Shown here: in pieces, positions 23,455 through 34,756 of the stretch | Layout: the number at the start of each line of letters is the position of its first letter | Position numbering within the stretch: the first letter of the stretch is position 1 | Source of the DNA: Eledone cirrhosa | Lineage: Eukaryota | NCBI GenBank assembly: GCA_964016885.1 | Contig: OZ024751.1 | Span: forward strand, 372,001 to 436,000 | Direction: 5' to 3' | DNA: 64,000 nucleotides | Notes under the pieces: generated by a model | Databases searched by the model: none | The model's input: only the letters and a program-made list of their open reading frames with translations | Told to the model about the DNA's origin: nothing | Translations under genes and position numbers: made by a program

Positions 23455-25763
23455 AGCCAAATGCTATCAATGCCAGCTTCACAATACCCTTTTTTACTAC
23501 CCTTTATCCTCCGACCCCACTCCTGGCTACCAACAACTCGTGTCCTCCACCATCCATGAGCTCATCTCATCCTCTCACCTACCCCCCACAGCCACCAACC
23601 TTATTGTACGCACCCCTCGCACACCCACCATCTACTTCCTCCCCAAAATACACAAACAAAATAATCCTGGCCATCCTATCGTTTCTGCGTGCAACTGCCC
23701 CACTGAGATAATTTCTGAATGTTTAGACACCATCCTCACCCCGTTGGTCGGCAATCTCCCCTCCCACATGCACGATAGAAATCCTGCCCTTAGACTTTTG
23801 AACTCTTTCTCCTTCCCTCCTGGTCCCTCCCAGCTTCTCTTTACCCTGGACATCACTTCTCTCTATATCGTCATCCCTCATGATGATGGCCTCCGTGCTC
23901 TCCAACATTTTTTAGATTTACGCCCTACCCCTTACTCCAGCACTACCACTCTTCTCCGTCTGGCTGAGCTTGTTCTTACCCTTAATGGATTTTCTTTTTC
24001 AGGTGATTTTTACTAGCAGGTCTCTGGGGTAGCGATGAGAATCAGAATGGGTCCAAACTATGCCAACCTGTTTGTTGGCTACGTCGAAGCCCAGATCTTC
24101 TCCCAGTACGCTGAACCGACTCCTGAGCTATACGGTTGTTATATCAACGACTGTATCAGCGCCACCTCTCTATCACGAGAACAGCTCAACTGTTTTCTTT
24201 CTTTTGTCCAATCTTTCCATCCTGCTCCCAATTTCACTGCCCCCGTCTCCGATTCTTCTGTCGCTTTTCTAGATATCTCTCTATCTATTAATCACTCTCA
24301 CCACACCCTCTCTACTTCCATCTACATTAAACCAACAGACTCCCAATCTTACCTCGACTTCGCCTCCTCCCATCCAACCGAAACCAAACACTCCATACCC
24401 TATTCCCAATTCCTCCATCTTCGTTGACTCTGTAGCCAGGACAACGATTTCAAAACCCATTCGCTTCCCATGGCATCCTGCTTCATCCAGCATGGATATC
24501 CCCCCCACCCTGATCCAAGCTGCTCTCACCCGCACCCGTGAAACAGACTGCACCACAGCCCTCTTATCTCACCCCTGCCCTCCCAATACCCGTGTTCCTT
24601 TCTCTCTCACCTACCATCCCATCACTCTACCACTCCGGCGACATATCCTCCGTTCCTTCTGTATCCTCTCTTCTGACCCCGTCACTTCTTGCTTTTTTCC
24701 AAATCCACCCATTACTGCTTTTAAGCGCACCCGAAACCTCCGCGACCTCCTGGTTCGCAGTTCTTTTTCGTCCTCTCCCACGACTCCACCCAGCTCTCAT
24801 CCTTGTTCCCGTTCCTGCTGCAACACTTCTCCCTTTATTTCCACCCTCACCACTCTTACAGGCCCTAACGGGTCTTTCTTTATCCGCCATTCCTTCACCT
24901 GCACATCCACCCACGTTGTCTATGCCCTCCGGAGTTCCCTTTGCGGGTCTTTATATATCGGACAAACGGGACGCCGTATGGCGGACCGTTTTGCCGAACA
25001 TTTGAAGGACATCAGACTCAGTTTGGATACCACTGTCGCTCATCATTTCTGTTCTCATGGTCATTCTTCCCTACATGTTTCAGTCCTGGATCACAGGCCT
25101 CGCGCACCAGGACTGAACAAAGTCTGATTCACCGTCTTGGGTCCTATTCCCCTCTTGCACTCAACTCACCTCCCCAATTTCTCTAATACCCCGTCCATTA
25201 TCCCACCCCTTGATTCCTATCGCTTTCTCTTGATCATTAGCAGCTTCTATTACTACTAATACATGCCGATACACACCCTTATATTAACATACTTTTCCTT
25301 ATAGCTTCGTACTTACATGCACACACACTCTTTTACTCACATATACACACACATTTCTTCTTAGCTTCGTACGGACCTATAATAACACACACACACATAC
25401 ACACACTAACTCATGCTTACGCACGTGCTCAAGTATAGCTCTTTTTACAAAACGTTTTTTTTTTCCATTTCAGGTAGACGCCTGCCATCATCCACTTTTC
25501 TAAAAGACAAATCATACACAAAATGCCAGCACCAACAGTTTTGCAAGAGATGTCAACATGAATGGACCTGTTATTTTTATCTAAAGACATTTCTTCCAAT
25601 TCCAACCCGCCCGTCCCCTCAATCTATTTTATTTCTCATTCTTTCTTCTGATGAAGGACTAGCGTCCAAAACGTTAAGACCCTCTTCTTGCTATATCAAG
25701 CGTTAACCTAATATATACCTTCCATATACTCTACCGATTGTGTTGTTATTTCTGTTTACCTTT

Positions 25764-25770
<7 letters not shown>
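23455..25770 (+). mobile_element. Degraded 5'-truncated Penelope-like element, Neptune-like (RT, Cys-rich linker, GIY-YIG, pLTR)
   Basis: LPKIHK..PGHPIVS, TLDITSLY, MGPNYANLF, YIND (degenerate YIDD), FLDI, FTCTSTHVVY...YIGQTGRRMADRFAEH across ORFs 23540-25127 with stops; ends at (TA)n. Clade assigned from remembered motifs. Confidence 0.88.
25645..25679 (+). ncRNA. Degenerate hammerhead in Neptune-like pLTR (GAAA mutated to AAAA)
   Basis: CTGATGA-aGGACtagcGTCC-AAAA-CG-TTA-AGA; stem III palindrome AACGTT. Confidence 0.65.
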
Positions 25771-25800
<30 letters not shown>

Positions 25801-25807
<7 letters not shown>

Positions 25808-25965
25808 TGAGATTCTACAGGACTAGAACAGTTTCATTCTTTAGAAATCATCAGGAATCATCAGGAGATTCCTGATGATTTCTAAAGAATGAAACAGTTC
25901 TAGTCCTGTAGAATCTCATCTATATTAAAACTTTTATACTCTGCTAACCCGGAATAACTTACCTA
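25801..25965. mobile_element. Mini fold-back PLE-type insert: two inverted hammerheads plus ~38-nt tail in (TA)n
   Basis: Arms 25801-25859 and 25867-25925 are reverse complements with one mismatch. Confidence 0.85.
25865..25917 (+). ncRNA. Type I hammerhead ribozyme with 7-bp stem I and a true stem III
   Basis: GAGATTC-CTGATGA-tTTCtaaaGAAt-GAAA-CAGttctagtcCTG-TA-GAATCTC; inverted copy at ~25811-25859. Confidence 0.85.
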
Positions 25966-26001
25966 TATATATATATATATATATAGTAATAATAATAAAT
26001 T

Positions 26002-27002
26002 TGAAGACTAAAATCCAAAGAGCGCTCGATAAGGATAAATATATATCAAATATATAAGAACCGTAGAGCAAATATTTATTAAAATAACAGATTAAAGTTT
26101 AAGCAAAGAATCGCTGCTTAACAGGATCTTCTGAAACTAACAAAGTCAATCTGTGAACGCAGAAGTGAATATTTAAAAAAAACGTTGCAACCGGAGGAAG
26201 ACAGGAAGACGATACTTTGGTTCGTGGAAACGTTCCCTGGCAAAGAACGGGAAAAAACGAATATAATACGTCATTATTAGGAATGGTGAAAAACAATTAC
26301 ACGCAAAGAGAAAACTACGTTTATGGTATAAAAGAAGTCGTAGACTAATATTCTATTAGGTGATTCATAGAGACATTCTCTGGCAATGAACGGAAAAAAC
26401 GAAGATAATACGTCATATGTGGAGCGGGGAGAACAATTGAACGCAAAGACACACATGCGTATGCTTGTGTATGTACGTATATGGATGTGTGTATGTATTT
26501 ATTTAATTTCAATTACCTCTGTATTTTATTTACTTTATTCTTAACTCTGAAGCCGAGAATCATTCGGTTTCCTAGTTAGAATTTTAGTCTACGACTTCAG
26601 TTATACCATTTACGTGTCTTTGTGTGCAATTGTTCTCCCCGCTCCACGTATGACGTATTATCTTCGTTTTTTCCATTCATTGCCAGAGAACGTCTCTATG
26701 AACCACCTAAAAGAATATTAGTCTACGACTTCTTTTATACCATAAACGTGGTTTTGTCTTTGTGTGTAATTGTTTTTCACCGCTCCTAATAATGACGTAT
26801 TATATTCGTTTTTTTCCTGTTCTTTGCCAGGGAACGTTTCCATGAACCAAAGTATCGTCTTCCTGTCTTCTTCCGGTTGCAACATTTTTTTTAAATATTC
26901 ACTTCTGCGTTCACAGATTGACTTTGTTAGTTTCAGAAGATCTCGTTAAGGGTGAAAGCAGCGATTCTTTGCTTAAACTTTAATCTGTTATTTTAATAAA
27001 TA
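26002..27002. mobile_element. Large fold-back insert (arms ~26074-26453 / ~26613-27002) in (TA)n, probably inverted PLE pLTRs
   Basis: ~380-bp highly similar inverted arms, ~160-bp spacer, ~70-nt unpaired left tail, hammerhead-like fold near the arm ends. Confidence 0.8.
26929..26979 (+). ncRNA. Hammerhead-like motif with variant core CAGAAGA
   Basis: AGTTT-CAGAAGA-tCTCgttaaGGGt-GAAA-GCAgcgattcttTGC-TT-AAACT. Confidence 0.6.
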
Positions 27003-27016
27003 TATATATATATATA

Positions 27017-28945
27017 CTCGACCGAGAACTCCCCAAGGCCTACCTCCATCTCTCCCCAACTTGCCACCCCCTCCTCGCCCAATCCCTTATCCAATTCATC
27101 CTTTACCTCAATCACCTCCTCTTCAATGTCCTCACTTCCATTAAAAACAACAAACTTCACTCACTCTACTCCCTGCCTGCCGTCACCACCCATATTCATT
27201 TCACCTCCAACCCTAACCACTCCATCTCGTCACCTACCATCCCCTTTCCTCTCCCCGCCGCTGAATCTGCACACGCTTTGCCCAACCACCTTAACCCCTC
27301 CGCCTCCACCACTTTCACTCCCTCACGTCCCTCCACTGTAGTCACAATACCCCAGGATCTACCACTCTCCAAAGCTGAGCGTTCCCTCCTTGCGCAAGGT
27401 TTGCGTTTTATGCCAACCACATCAAACTGCAACGAGTTCCGCATATGTACCAAGATTGAAGGGTTCTTCCGTTGACTAAAGCTCAAAGCTTTTTTCCACG
27501 ACACGCCATCTTAGACACAAATGGATGGCAGCACTCGTCTCAGTTGCCGGCAATCACATTGGACGCCAAGCTCTAGCCAGTTCAGCACTCTCGACTCCTT
27601 TGTCGATACTTGCTGACGTACTGTGAACCAGTTCCATTTCCACCAGCATTCTTGTAGCTCTAATATTATGTGGGCTGAGCTCTCCACTCTTTGCAACCTA
27701 CACCTCCCATCCAACCCACACCAAACACTCCATAGCCTATTCCCAATTCCTCCATCTTCATCGGCTCTGTAGCCAGGACGACGATTTTGAAACCCATTCC
27801 CTTCACATGGTTTCCCATTTCATCCAGCATGGATATCCCCCCACCCTGATCCAAGCTGTTCTCACCCGCGCCCGTGAAACCAACCGTACGACAGTCCTCT
27901 CACCTCACCAGCACCCTGCCAACACCTGCCTTCCTTTCCTTCTCACCTACCACCCCATCACCCTACCACGCAGTTTTTTCTTGCCCTCTCCTACAACTCC
28001 ACCCGGCTCTCATCCTTGTTCTTGTCCCCACTGCAACACTTGTCCTTTCATTTCCACCCTCACAGGCCCTAACGGGTCATTCCGTGTCCGTCACTCCTTC
28101 ACCTCCACATCCACCCACGATGTCTATGCCCTCCAGTGTTCCCTTTGCAAGTCCTTATACATCGGACAAATGGGCATATGGCAGCCCGTTTTGCTGAGCA
28201 TTTGAGGGACATACGACTCGGTTTGAATACTCCTGTCGCCCATCATTTCTGTTCTCCTGGTCACTCTTCCCTACATGTCTCAGTCCAGGCCTCGCACACC
28301 AGGACTGAACAGAGTCTGATTTACCACCTTGGGTCCCATTTCCCTCATGGATTCAACTCACCTCCCCAATTTCTTTAATACCCCATTCATTATCACACAC
28401 GCACTTGTACATTCACCCCTAGATTCCTATGGCTCTCTTATGGTCAGAAACATATTCTCTTACAACTAATACTGACCAGCAAAATACGCACACAATTCTT
28501 TTCCCTTCACAGCTCTGTATACACACATACACACCCTTATATTAACATACTTTTGCTCATAGCTTCATACTTACAAGCACACACACACTCTTTTACTTAT
28601 ATATACACACACACATATATTTTCTTAGCTTCGTACAGACGTATAATAATACACACGCACACATGCAAACGCACGTGCAGACATATAGATTTTTATACAA
28701 AACAGTTTTTTTCCATTTCAGGTAGATGCGCTCCATCATCCACGTTACTAAAAAAATTAATCATACGCAAAACGCCAGCACCAACAGTTTTCCAAGAGAT
28801 GTCAACATGAATGGACCCGTTATTTTTATCTAAAGACTTTTTTCCAATTCCACCCCACCCGTCCCTTCAATCTATCTTATTTCTCGTTCTTTCTTCCAAT
28901 GAAGTTAAGACCCTCTTCCTGCTATTTCAAGCATTAACCTACTGC
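27017..28945 (+). mobile_element. Second Neptune-like PLE with the RT core internally deleted
   Basis: N-terminal motif LSKAERSLLAQGLRFMPT...FFR joins near 27700 to sequence homologous to 24361 onward (thumb, GIY-YIG, pLTR). The hammerhead segment is deleted near 28900. Confidence 0.85.
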
Positions 28946-29164
28946 GTTATTGTGACACCTACATAGCTGCATATGAGTATATAGTCTTAGGTGTGCACAG
29001 CTGTGTATATATATATTCACATCAACAATCTTCATACACACTTATATATTAAATCACTGTTTATGGATGTATATATAGCTTTGGGGATCATCATCATCGT
29101 TTCACGACCACTTTCCACGCTAGCATATATATATATGTGTTTATAAGAAAACTGAGGTTGTACA

Positions 29165-29910
29165 TCAACCTCCTCCGCAAACCATAAGAGGTGTGAAGCA
29201 GAAACCACCAGTTCATGGAATTCCACCTAACAGAATCATGGTAGAGGACAAGCAACTCAAGTATGTTGATAATTTTGCATACTTAGGAAGCAAGGTTAAC
29301 CGCAGTGCTTTCCCGGATGACGAAGTCATCAACCGCATCTCCAAAGCTTCCTCTGCGTTTGGTAAACTCAATCATTATCTTTGGAATGAAAAGGGTGTAA
29401 AACTAAATATGGAAGTGTATATATATATATGTGCAAGTGTATAAGGCATACTGATGTGGATACCATACTGATCACAAATAAACCAGCTGGATGTGTTCCA
29501 CGAGGGATGTTTGTGATCCATCTGTGGTCATGTACGAGAAGATAAAATCTCCAACGCCGACATCCTAACCAAATGCAACATTGGTGGAATTGAAACAGAA
29601 TTCCAAAAGTCCTCATGTATGGTCAGCTTAGCAGTGGCAACAGGAAAGTTGGTAAACCATGGCTACGATATAAGGATAAGTTGAAATCAAATGTCACTGC
29701 TCTTGTAATCCCTTTCCAGGATTTCGAACAAATTGCTGCTGACAGAAAGGACTGTAGAGAAAGGTGCCATAGCGTGGTCAAGAGCTTTGAATCGCACAGA
29801 GAAACTGCGTGTTGACCAAACAGGGATGAAGCAATGAAATGTCACATGAGACACCACCGTCCAGAGAGCTGAACTTTTGTTGAACACTCATACATCAGAT
29901 ATCAACGGGA
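29165..29910 (+). mobile_element. Degraded RTE-clade LINE 3' fragment
   Basis: VDNFAYLGS...DEVINRISKASSAFGKL and YGQLSSGNRKVGKPWLRYKDKLK resemble the RTE/BovB ORF2 C-terminus. Confidence 0.75.
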
Positions 29911-29914
29911 GGGT

Positions 29915-29949
<35 letters not shown>

Positions 29950-29954
<5 letters not shown>

Positions 29955-30215
29955 TATTAAAAAAATAATGAATAAACAAAGAAACAGTTCCTTATATTAA
30001 ACAAAAAAAGTTCATTATTTAACTTTTTTTGTTTAATATAAGGAACTGTTTCTTTGTTTATTCATTATTTTTTTAATAATTTATCTTGACTCTGTTTTCC
30101 GTTTATCTTTCACCGAAAGTGATTTTTGAATGCATCTCTTCTTTTCATGATATCCGGATTACATTGAGTTCTTCATACGGATTGGACACTACCGTAAACT
30201 TTTGGTAGATTTATC

Positions 30216-30220
<5 letters not shown>
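29950..30220 (+). mobile_element. Solo fold-back pLTR fragment of the family at 31743-38733
   Basis: 30021-30220 is similar to 31970-32161; 29950-30020 is an inverted copy of its 5' part; (TA)n on both sides. Confidence 0.9.
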
Positions 30221-30275
<55 letters not shown>

Positions 30276-30334
30276 GTTACACAACAGTTAGTTCACCATA
30301 CCGAGAACAATTGTTTCACCTTAGCGGATCCTCT

Positions 30335-30575
30335 TGATGGTGGCAGTGATGGTGGAAGTTGTGTTGGGAGTGATGGTTGTGGTGGTGGTGATGGTGCTGA
30401 TGTTGTATGTTGGTAGTGATTGTTGTGGTAGTGGTGGTGGTAGTGATGGTAGTGGTAGTGTTGTTGTTGTTGTGGAGGTGGGGGTAATGATGGTGGGGGT
30501 GGGGGTAGTGTTGGGAGTGATGGGGGTAGTGGTGGTAATGGTGGTGACAGTGCTGGAGGTGTCATTGGTGGTAGG
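30335..30575. repeat. (GGT/GAT/TGT) cryptic trinucleotide array
   Basis: Seen directly; shares a specific segment with 39460-40015 in the opposite orientation. Confidence 0.9.
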
Positions 30576-30623
30576 TTTGCTTAACTGACTACAAATCTCT
30601 CTTTCTCTCTGTGTGTATATTCT

Positions 30624-30686
<63 letters not shown>

Positions 30687-31436
30687 ATAAACGTGCTGCG
30701 TGGTTGCTAATGGGTTACATATGAATAAAGTTAGTCCTTCATCAGTGATCTTCCAACCATCATTGGTATTTCATCGCTTTAAAGACCATATACCTCCGGT
30801 TGGTGCGAGCAACGGCTAAAAAAAGTCGTTGGGACACGTAAATAAAGGGGACACGAGAGTGTAAACAAACAAAGAGGGTGAAGCAACAAAAGGTGAGAAA
30901 GAGAGAGTCAAGTCCCAAATTTCCATGAATATAAGTTCGGTGAAATCGTGAACGAGATAGAATAAAGACCATCAAACCTGGTTGGAATGTGAGCAAGGAA
31001 GGAATTCCGTACAGGTCTAACGGGAGGAAGAAGGAATCTAGTCTGTGAATTCGGTGAACATAAGTTCTGTGAAATCGTAGACGAGAGAGAGAAAAAAAAG
31101 CGAACCTGCCTGACCAAGGGCGCGAAAGAAAAGAATTACGCACAGGTCAAACATACATATACATACATACACACATACGTATACATACATACACACATAT
31201 TTATACATGCATATACATACATATACATACATACACACACACCCACATGTATTTACATTTACAACTATATACACACACAACTATATACGTCTGCAGTTAT
31301 ACATTGTACCGCTATTTGCATCTAATACATCTGAAGCTATATACATTAAGAGATATATATACCTGGTTGATATATATATATACACATACAGCTATACACA
31401 TCTAAAGTTATATACTCACACACAGCTCTCTCTCTA

Positions 31437-31553
<117 letters not shown>

Positions 31554-31818
31554 CGAAGGAAAAGTGGTAAGGAACCAGGTGGACCATAACGCACCAAAGT
31601 ACTCAATACTTAGGGTAGTAGAGTGGGTAATAGGAACGAGTAGGACTCCAACGGCTGAGCTCAAGCCGTTTCGACGGCTAATTCTGGACTCAGAATTGAG
31701 TCCAGAATTAGCCGTTGGGGTCCTACTCATTCCTATATATGTTTTTAACCCTTTGTGTTTTCATTGGTCAATTTTGAACTGATATTTTGAATTGTTGTTA
31801 TTATCAATAAATATACTT

Positions 31819-31969
31819 CATTATTTCTGAAGACGGCGTATATATGTGTTAGGTATGTATATTTAATCTTGATAATTTGTATAATTTTGTATAATTTTGT
31901 ACATAGATCTGTTGAATATGCATACCAAGTATAACACATGTATACCCTAGAAACGATCGTTAAATAATG
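31819..31969 (+). ncRNA. Type I hammerhead ribozyme with ~116-nt stem II (5' pLTR)
   Basis: CATTATTT-CTGAAGA-[31834-31949 long hairpin]-GAAA-CGATCG-TT-AAATAATG. Confidence 0.75.
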
Positions 31970-32314
31970 AACTTTTTTTGTTTAATATAAGGAATTGTTT
32001 ATTCATTATTTGTTTAATATTTTATCTTGACTCTGTATACCGTTTATCTTTCACCGAAAGTGGATTTTCATTACATCTCTTCTTTCCATGATATCCGGAA
32101 TACATTGAGTTCTTCATACGGATTGGACACTACCGTAAACTCTTGGTAGATTTATCTACATAATTTTGCTCCTATTTTCACGGAAATATTCGTATTTTTG
32201 TACTGTATGTGTGTATTAATTTTATATTTATGTATAAACATATATATATGTATGATTTTGTAAACCCATATACATTTAGTTGAGCTCTTTCAATTGTCCA
32301 TCATCCATATCACA

Positions 32315-34756
32315 ATGGAAAAACAATATTTAGGAACCTCCTTAAAAAACATACCAATACCTTCTAAGGACGACTTCTTACTCCTTATGATTCAGAAAAC
32401 TAATAATTTTATCAGAAGGGTTAGATGGAGAGCCTACCACTTCGATAGAAAATCTAAACAAGCAGATCGGAAATATATGTATGATTTCAATACTTACAAG
32501 AATCCACCACACAACTTTTTACTTGAAGACTTCGAGAAAGACCTTTTTAATTTAATTAAACACCTCAAATTTAAAAAGTATAAATCCGTCTTTCAAAAGG
32601 ACCTTGATTCTACCCTATTGGACCTAAAAAAGTCTAAAAAAATCCATGTCCACTCGGACAAAACTGGTAACTTGTATCATATGGATATTGAACATTATAA
32701 TGAGTTCATATATAAAGAACTCAGAAAAAATTATAAAAAATCTAATAATGTGTCACTCACCAACATCAACAACAAAACACACAACATAGTAAAAAAACTA
32801 AACATTGAAGATAGAACTGAACCTTTGGCATTGAAAAGACCACACTTCAACCTGAAAGATCACAAATCTAACTTTAACTCTAATCCTTCTATTAGACTTA
32901 TATGTCCCTCCAAATCAGATATTGGAATAATTAGCAAAAAAATTTTAGATAGAGTCATCCCACAAATAAGAAAACACGTTATTTTACCACTCTGGGAAAA
33001 CACCTCCCAGGTAATTAACTGGTTTAAAAATATTAGGTGTAAATCTTCTGCTTCTTTCCTACAATTTGATATAGATAATTACTATTCTTCTATATCACCT
33101 ATACTCCTGAACAAAGCATTAATATTTGCTAAAAATAGATCTAATTTAACTTCGGATGACATTAACATTATTACACATGCTAGACTAACACTTATTGAAT
33201 TTCAGAATGAATACTGGACCAGAAACACATACAGTAATCTTTTTGATATTACTATGGGTTCAAGCGATTCCGCCCAAATTACTGATCTTGTGGGCCTCTT
33301 TCTCCTTTTCAACATAAATGCCTCTTTTCCCCACCTCAAAGGTGGTTTATATCGTGATGACTGTCTTCTTCTTTCTAACAACCTTAGCCTTTCAGAAATC
33401 GAAAAAAACAAAAAACATATTAGAACTTTCCTTAAAGACTATTATAATCTTAATATTACTTTTGAAAAAACAAGTAAAGTAGTAAATTTCCTAGATATAA
33501 CTTTAGATTTAGCTACAGGTATATACCAACCTTACCATAAACCTAACCAAAACTTACATTACATACACTCACAATCTAATCACCCTAAATCTATCCTTAA
33601 AAACCTTGCATATAATATATCACTTAGAATTTCTAACCTTTCTTCTAACCAAGATGTATTTGATAAAAATGCGACCTTTTATAATGAAGCTCTAGATAGA
33701 AGTGGCCACAAAAATAGATTAGAGTATATACCTTCTACTAAAAATACTGAAAGCATACAGCATAATATTACCAACAAACACCAAATGAAAAGTACACACC
33801 TAAATGCCACCCACAATATACCCCAAAATACTAAATCTTATAATATAAAGTATAGTAACCCTCAAAAAACTACTCATCATACAACTATAATAAATATTAA
33901 TAATAAAACTCCTAATAAAAAAGATAAAACACCTAAATCTACAAATATAACTAAAAATAGTTGTGGTGAGATCATTAACATTAATCCTCCTAGTAAAAAT
34001 CATGATACAACCTATAAAAATAATAAAAATAATAAACAACATAGAAACCGTAATAGACGAGTTACTTGGTATAATGCTCCTTTTAATTTACAAGTTAAGG
34101 ATAATATTGCTAAAAAATTTTTTTATATCCTTGAGAAAAACTTCCCGCCAAACCACAAATACCATCAAATCTTAAATAGGTCTACAGTTAAATTCTCATA
34201 CTCTACAACAAATAACATAAAACAAAATATAAGTGCATATAATGCATATAAATGTAAGAAAACCATAAGTATACCACCATTACATCAAATTAACAATAAT
34301 ATCTCCTCAAATACAGAATTAACGAAAGGATGTAACTGTAGAAACAAAACAAACTGCCCATTAAAAGGGAATTGTCTTGTTAACAACATAGTCTATAAAT
34401 GTAATGTTAAAACTAAAGATTCTATTTGCTCATATATAGGAGCTACCTCTAACAATTTTAAGACAAGGTTTAATACCCACAAGCATAGTTTTAAAAATGC
34501 CGCACTGGCTAATACAACATCTCTAGCAGAAAAAATCAATAGTTATAAAAATAAGAATATAAAATATGATTTGACCTGGAGTGTGCTCAAAAGAGCCACC
34601 CCTTATCAAAATAATAGAAAGGAATGTAGATTATGTTCCCAAGAACTATTTGAAATAATGAAGTCTAAGGATATCTTATTAAATAAACGACAGGAATTAA
34701 TTATATCGTGTAATCATAAACTAAAAAAAACATTTAAATATTATAAACCTAATTAA
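32315..34756 (+). CDS. PLE polyprotein: reverse transcriptase + C-terminal GIY-YIG endonuclease (813 aa from the first ATG)
   Basis: SLKNIPIP..FIRRVRWRA, RLICPSKSDIG, FLQFDIDNYYSSI, TMGSSDSAQ, GLYRDD, NFLDITL, SNHP, CNCRNKTNCPLKGNC, NIVY...YIGAT...KTRFNTH, CRLCSQE, LLNKR. Confidence 0.93.
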   Translation: MEKQYLGTSLKNIPIPSKDDFLLLMIQKTNNFIRRVRWRAYHFDRKSKQADRKYMYDFNTYKNPPHNFLLEDFEKDLFNLIKHLKFKKYKSVFQKDLDSTLLDLKKSKKIHVHSDKTGNLYHMDIEHYNEFIYKELRKNYKKSNNVSLTNINNKTHNIVKKLNIEDRTEPLALKRPHFNLKDHKSNFNSNPSIRLICPSKSDIGIISKKILDRVIPQIRKHVILPLWENTSQVINWFKNIRCKSSASFLQFDIDNYYSSISPILLNKALIFAKNRSNLTSDDINIITHARLTLIEFQNEYWTRNTYSNLFDITMGSSDSAQITDLVGLFLLFNINASFPHLKGGLYRDDCLLLSNNLSLSEIEKNKKHIRTFLKDYYNLNITFEKTSKVVNFLDITLDLATGIYQPYHKPNQNLHYIHSQSNHPKSILKNLAYNISLRISNLSSNQDVFDKNATFYNEALDRSGHKNRLEYIPSTKNTESIQHNITNKHQMKSTHLNATHNIPQNTKSYNIKYSNPQKTTHHTTIININNKTPNKKDKTPKSTNITKNSCGEIININPPSKNHDTTYKNNKNNKQHRNRNRRVTWYNAPFNLQVKDNIAKKFFYILEKNFPPNHKYHQILNRSTVKFSYSTTNNIKQNISAYNAYKCKKTISIPPLHQINNNISSNTELTKGCNCRNKTNCPLKGNCLVNNIVYKCNVKTKDSICSYIGATSNNFKTRFNTHKHSFKNAALANTTSLAEKINSYKNKNIKYDLTWSVLKRATPYQNNRKECRLCSQELFEIMKSKDILLNKRQELIISCNHKLKKTFKYYKPN

